A stretch of DNA of 64,000 bases from the human T2T-CHM13v2.0 reference genome, Homo sapiens. This document shows, piece by piece, positions 58,103-64,000 of the stretch. The notes beneath the pieces were generated by a model, which was given only the letters and a program-made list of their open reading frames with translations, did no database searches and was not told the origin of the DNA. Both the position numbers and the translations under genes were made by a program. Location of the stretch: the NCBI RefSeq assembly GCF_009914755.1, contig NC_060927.1; one strand, written 5' to 3'. The stretch's first letter is position 1; every line of letters begins with the position of its first letter.

Positions 58103-59354
58103 AAAGATGAAAGCTTGTGTGCAATAAATACAATTTGTCAATGTTATTTTTAAAAAGCCTTATTCCATTATACTTCATAAAGGGCAGAGTTTGACTCATT
58201 TATTCAACTTTTGCCTGATTCTAAAAATAAATAGTATCAATAGATATAACAAAAGTTATTTTGCTAGAAATTCTGAAAAAAAGAAGTATCATTAAAAACT
58301 TTATTAGAAATTAGCATAAAAAATCTCTTTGTGTGTAGTAATGAAGTTATAGCCCTACCCTGTTTAAGAAGCAAACAAAACAAAACAAAACAAAAAAACA
58401 AATTTCAGGGATTAGAAATGAAACAAATTCAATTCTTATATAACAGTATAATTTCTTCAACTAGTTTTATAACAAACGTGACATACTTAAGAAAAAAAAT
58501 CACAGGTTACTTGATGTTTTCTTGCTACACAGGAAAAAAATATAAATTAAAAAATATTTCAGATTTTCAAGCCTGGTTACAATGTGATAGAATAAAAACA
58601 AAATGAGAATTGCAGTTTGGGAATACAAGGGAATAAAATTCTCTTCTACTGAAGGTTTAGCTTTAAGGAAAACAACTTAATTTCCAGCGTAGAGAAGTAA
58701 GTTTTAATTATAGTTTTAATATTTGATTTTTCTGGGAATTTAATTGATGAATGCCATAATATCATTCTAGGCAGTCTGTTAAAAAATTTGGTATTTTTCA
58801 AAGCTGTTCGTTGAAACCTTCCTTTGACAAGTATTATGTAACCAGAACAAGAGGGTAAATTGAACCATAAATCTGCTACATGTTTAATTTAAAACAAAAT
58901 TTGTACCTGATAAAGAATAGAAACCATAACTTTTAGCTCTATATAGTGCTATACATAATTTATAAAAATCTTAAGGCAGTTGCAACACCTGAAATTAAAT
59001 AGGAAATAAAGTTATTCCCTGAAGGTAGTGGAGATTGTTGTAAGAAATATATTGAAAAATAAATACGCAAATGGTGCATACTATTGTGTACATTACTCAG
59101 CAGCCGTGTTCTCATTACAAATCCCTCACCACATTTCTCTGAATACTACTTTATCCTCTTGAGTATGATGCTTCTAGCATAAGTAAATTTTACTCTTATA
59201 AAAATATGTTTTACATGACAAACTTGACTTTTAGAGTGGCTGAAGTAGATCTTTTGAAAATGTTGTGAAAGCATCATTATCACCAAATAACATTCTTATT
59301 CAGTGAAGAACACATGATAAGGGCATTGATTTATTTAGAAATATTAATGGGTTC

Positions 59355-59470
59355 AATTATTCATTTGAAAAATACATTTAGTGTCTACAATATACCAGGT
59401 ACCTGCCTAGATGCCGGGGAACTATTAGAGAGCAAAACAAACATCCTCGCCTTCATAGGGTTTATAAAAG
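59355..59470 (-). mobile_element. L2 3' terminal fragment
   Basis: tattcatttgaaaaatacatttagtgtctacaatataccaggtac..cctcgccttcatagggtttata. Confidence 0.6.
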
Positions 59471-60766
59471 TTATACGTATTCATTAAATAAAAGTTTTGA
59501 ATAAAATAAAATCAAGAAGAAAATACACTGAATAAAAATTTGTTACTGTCTGACTAATCTTTACTCTTTCCCTTTCTGGTACAGTCTCATATATCCATCC
59601 CATGGACTAATGTTATATGTATCATATTAAAATCCTTTTTCGTTCAAGTCCAGACAAGAAAACAAATCTAGATCTTGTAGCTAAACTTACTCATTATGAC
59701 ACAAATTTACTGTGTGCTAGGATCTGTGCTCAGAAAAACAGTTAGGAGCACAGCCAATTGGTTATAGGCCCTTATCCACACAGTTTACAGGCTAAAAGGT
59801 AGGACTGACATTCATTTCACACACAAATTATGGCTAGTTTTTTGCAAGAATATACATGAATGGCTAGAAGAGGAAAGAAGTATTGAGACTAACACCTCAA
59901 AGTCTTAAATGTAACTGAATTTACCCCTTCACATATCCCAAGTTGACTTCCATCTTGATCCAAGATATCAGATGCTCTGAAGCCCTCCCCACCAATACTC
60001 TGCTATTTACATTGCCTTATGTACTAGCTTCTCTTACATCAACTCCCATTGCTTTTATCCTTCTAAGAATTGTCTTTCCTCTGGAACTTTGTACTGTGCT
60101 ATAAAACAAACAAAAAAACAGCTACAGTCTCAACTCTTTCTAAAGTTTTCTCCCCTGCCTAGTATTAAACAAAACTCTACTTTCTATGCCGACTTGTTAA
60201 GGACTGCTGCTTATGCTGGCATGGTGGATGGAATGCAGCCATTACTAATGATGCTTTTAGATCATTCAGGTTCTACAAAAAAATAAATAATAAATAAATA
60301 AATAATGCATTTATTTGGGACATGTGGCTAACCACCAGCTTCTCCTTATCTCTTCTAATTCAGTGAAGAACTTAGCTGCATTATCTTTTTCTCCATTCTC
60401 TGCAGGTTTTGGAACTTTTGTGAGAACTGCCTATGATCCACTCAAACAAAGCTTTATGCTCTCAGTTCTTTGACTTAATGATCTTTAATGAACTTCAGAT
60501 GTTTTTAACATAATAGAAACTGGTTATAACTCTGAAGACTAAGTTGATTTCTCTTTGTGAGTTTGTTCTAAAATCATCTATCCTGTTATTTAAGCCAGTA
60601 ACAGATGTGATCTCCTTTGACTCTTCTCTACCTTTCATCTTCACTTGTTAAAAATTCCAGCTCCTAAATTTCTTTTGAATCTCAATGTTTGTTCTTATTT
60701 ATTCACTGTCACCACTCTAGACCATGCCACTATATCACTATGCTGAAATGCCACTAAAGACACTTG

Positions 60767-60869
60767 AGTTCTCAATTATTCCACTGTACTAAATTATTCC
60801 AGTTCTCAATTATTCCACTGTACTAAAAATATTGGTTTCTAGCAATTTTTCCACTATACTAAAAATATC
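60767..60869 (+). repeat. Short imperfect triple direct repeat (about 27-bp unit)
   Basis: agttctcaattattccactgtactaaa at 60767 and 60801, with a degenerate third copy at 60843. Confidence 0.85.
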
Positions 60870-62441
60870 TTGGGACGCTATTGTCTTTTAGCATTCAGTA
60901 AAGCACCAAATAGAATACTGATAATTACTTTCACATGCAGCTTACCAGGGATATGAAACATAAAATACAGAAAAATTACAAACATTAGAGGTTACAGAAA
61001 TACTTTGTAAACATTATTTTGTTGTATATCTTAACTGTAGATTGGCATCTATGAAATATATAGCATTTTTGTCCTTCAACATTTTAGCAATAAATGATTG
61101 TAATGGTTGTCTTGTATTTGTGAGAGGCACATTGTTTGCCGACATTCCCTATGTTGTTCACATCTAAGCTCTATAACTTGAGCTATAGGCCAGACAATCC
61201 TAGCACTCAATTTTATGTCATCGGGAATGCAAAAATAAGGTGCCTGCATTAGATAATTCCAAATACTCACATCAAAGTCAACCAGAAAATTATGGACTGA
61301 AAATTACTGTAAGCCTTTGGCTAGATGTTAAGTCTATGACTATATGACATCCAAAATTTTGATATGTGAGGGTTTCTATTTAAGAGATAGATGCTCCTGG
61401 ACTTCTAATACATTACTGAGAGCTCAACCTTAATTGCTCAAATATGTGGCTGTTTCTCTGTTGGTACTGAGTGAAATGCGGCATTTTCCAGGCTATATTT
61501 CTTTTGAAGAAGACTGATAGTAATTGTTTCTCTATGTCAGTGATATTAGATAGCACCAAAAATGTCATCAGGTAGAGATACTTTGCCAGTAACTCATTCT
61601 TCTTTCTCTCCAAGCACAAAATTTGACATTAAATATGCTATATTGGTTTTGTAAAGTTCTTGGCATACTAAGACTTCCTTATACTTCTGAAGACTGATAT
61701 TTCTGTGGTTTTGAGCTTTTCACATTTTTGAAAAACAAAATCCATCAATTTTTTATTGAAAGGAATTATTTTATACTCGTGCTTCTGAGGGAAAATTTCA
61801 ATTGATGTATGAAAAATTATCATATTTTATTTAAAATAATGCAAAACCTTTGTTGACTTTACATTATGGTTTGATAAAGTTTTATAACAATGTGAACTGG
61901 AGGCAAGTATATACTCCCAAAGAGAACATCCAATTTATGGACATTTTTTATATTACCTACTTGAAATTTTTCTTTTTAAAGCTGTATGTTGAAAATCATT
62001 GACTTGCTTTAGAATACTGTATATAATCATTAATCCCAATGTAATTCTTAGAAAAGTTAAAATTATTGCTCAAAATCACAGAGCTAGAATGTGATAGAAG
62101 ATGGATTGAATGCCAGGTCATTGAGTCTTTGAGCACAATATCATTTTAATCCAATTTTGCTTCTCAGCATTTCAATGGGTTAAGGAAATTCACTGTATCT
62201 CATTATCAATATTGCATGCATATTAAATTGTGGTATTACAAATTAAAACAGAACTAAGTTCTTTTCAGTAGAACAATGAATCACGAAAAAGTTTAAGAAG
62301 AAATAATCTCTTCATCAGGATATAAGGAAAAAACATTCTCAAGAAGAAATTTTTCTCACATACAATCATTTATTATTAATAAGTTTGTTAGCCAGTAGAG
62401 GGCTAGAAAAAGTAACTTTTAAACTTATTTTGGAGGCTTAA

Positions 62442-64000
<1,559 letters not shown>

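Noticed and set aside
60767-60869. CRISPR-like repeat-spacer pattern
   Set aside because: Only 2-3 copies, spacers of 7-15 bp partly derived from the repeat, eukaryotic context and no cas genes.

Overview
AT-rich, CpG-poor, repeat-dominated primate nuclear DNA. It is probably hominine, because the young L1 lacks the 129-bp ZNF93 site. I find no supportable host protein-coding exon, tRNA, rRNA or CRISPR array; every long ORF is L1- or ERV-derived. Main contents: (1) a full-length, TSD-flanked, coding-dead L1PA2/3-type LINE-1 on the minus strand (12614-18705) that keeps an intact 5'UTR and an intact antisense ORF0; (2) a BC200 (BCYRN1) retrocopy with an 18-bp TSD (20773-20940); (3) a near full-length old L1MA-type element (33891-41097) carrying a MADE1 hairpin and an Alu; (4) a two-LTR, non-autonomous MER61-type provirus (41249-47165) with an embedded LTR8 segment, a recent tandem duplication, a templated insertion and an Alu-tail-like stub; (5) an LTR-less ERV1 gag-pro fossil (about 9855-12520); (6) three 5'-truncated L1PA copies, seven near-complete Alus, and many older MLT, LTR16, L1M, L2, MIR, MER5 and Charlie relics. 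Subfamily names come from recalled consensus sequences and need RepeatMasker/Dfam confirmation. I do not see evidence of a genuinely new biological system. The best leads are the BC200 copy, the intact ORF0 with its antisense promoter, a possible micro 3' transduction, and several unusual insertion or repair scars.
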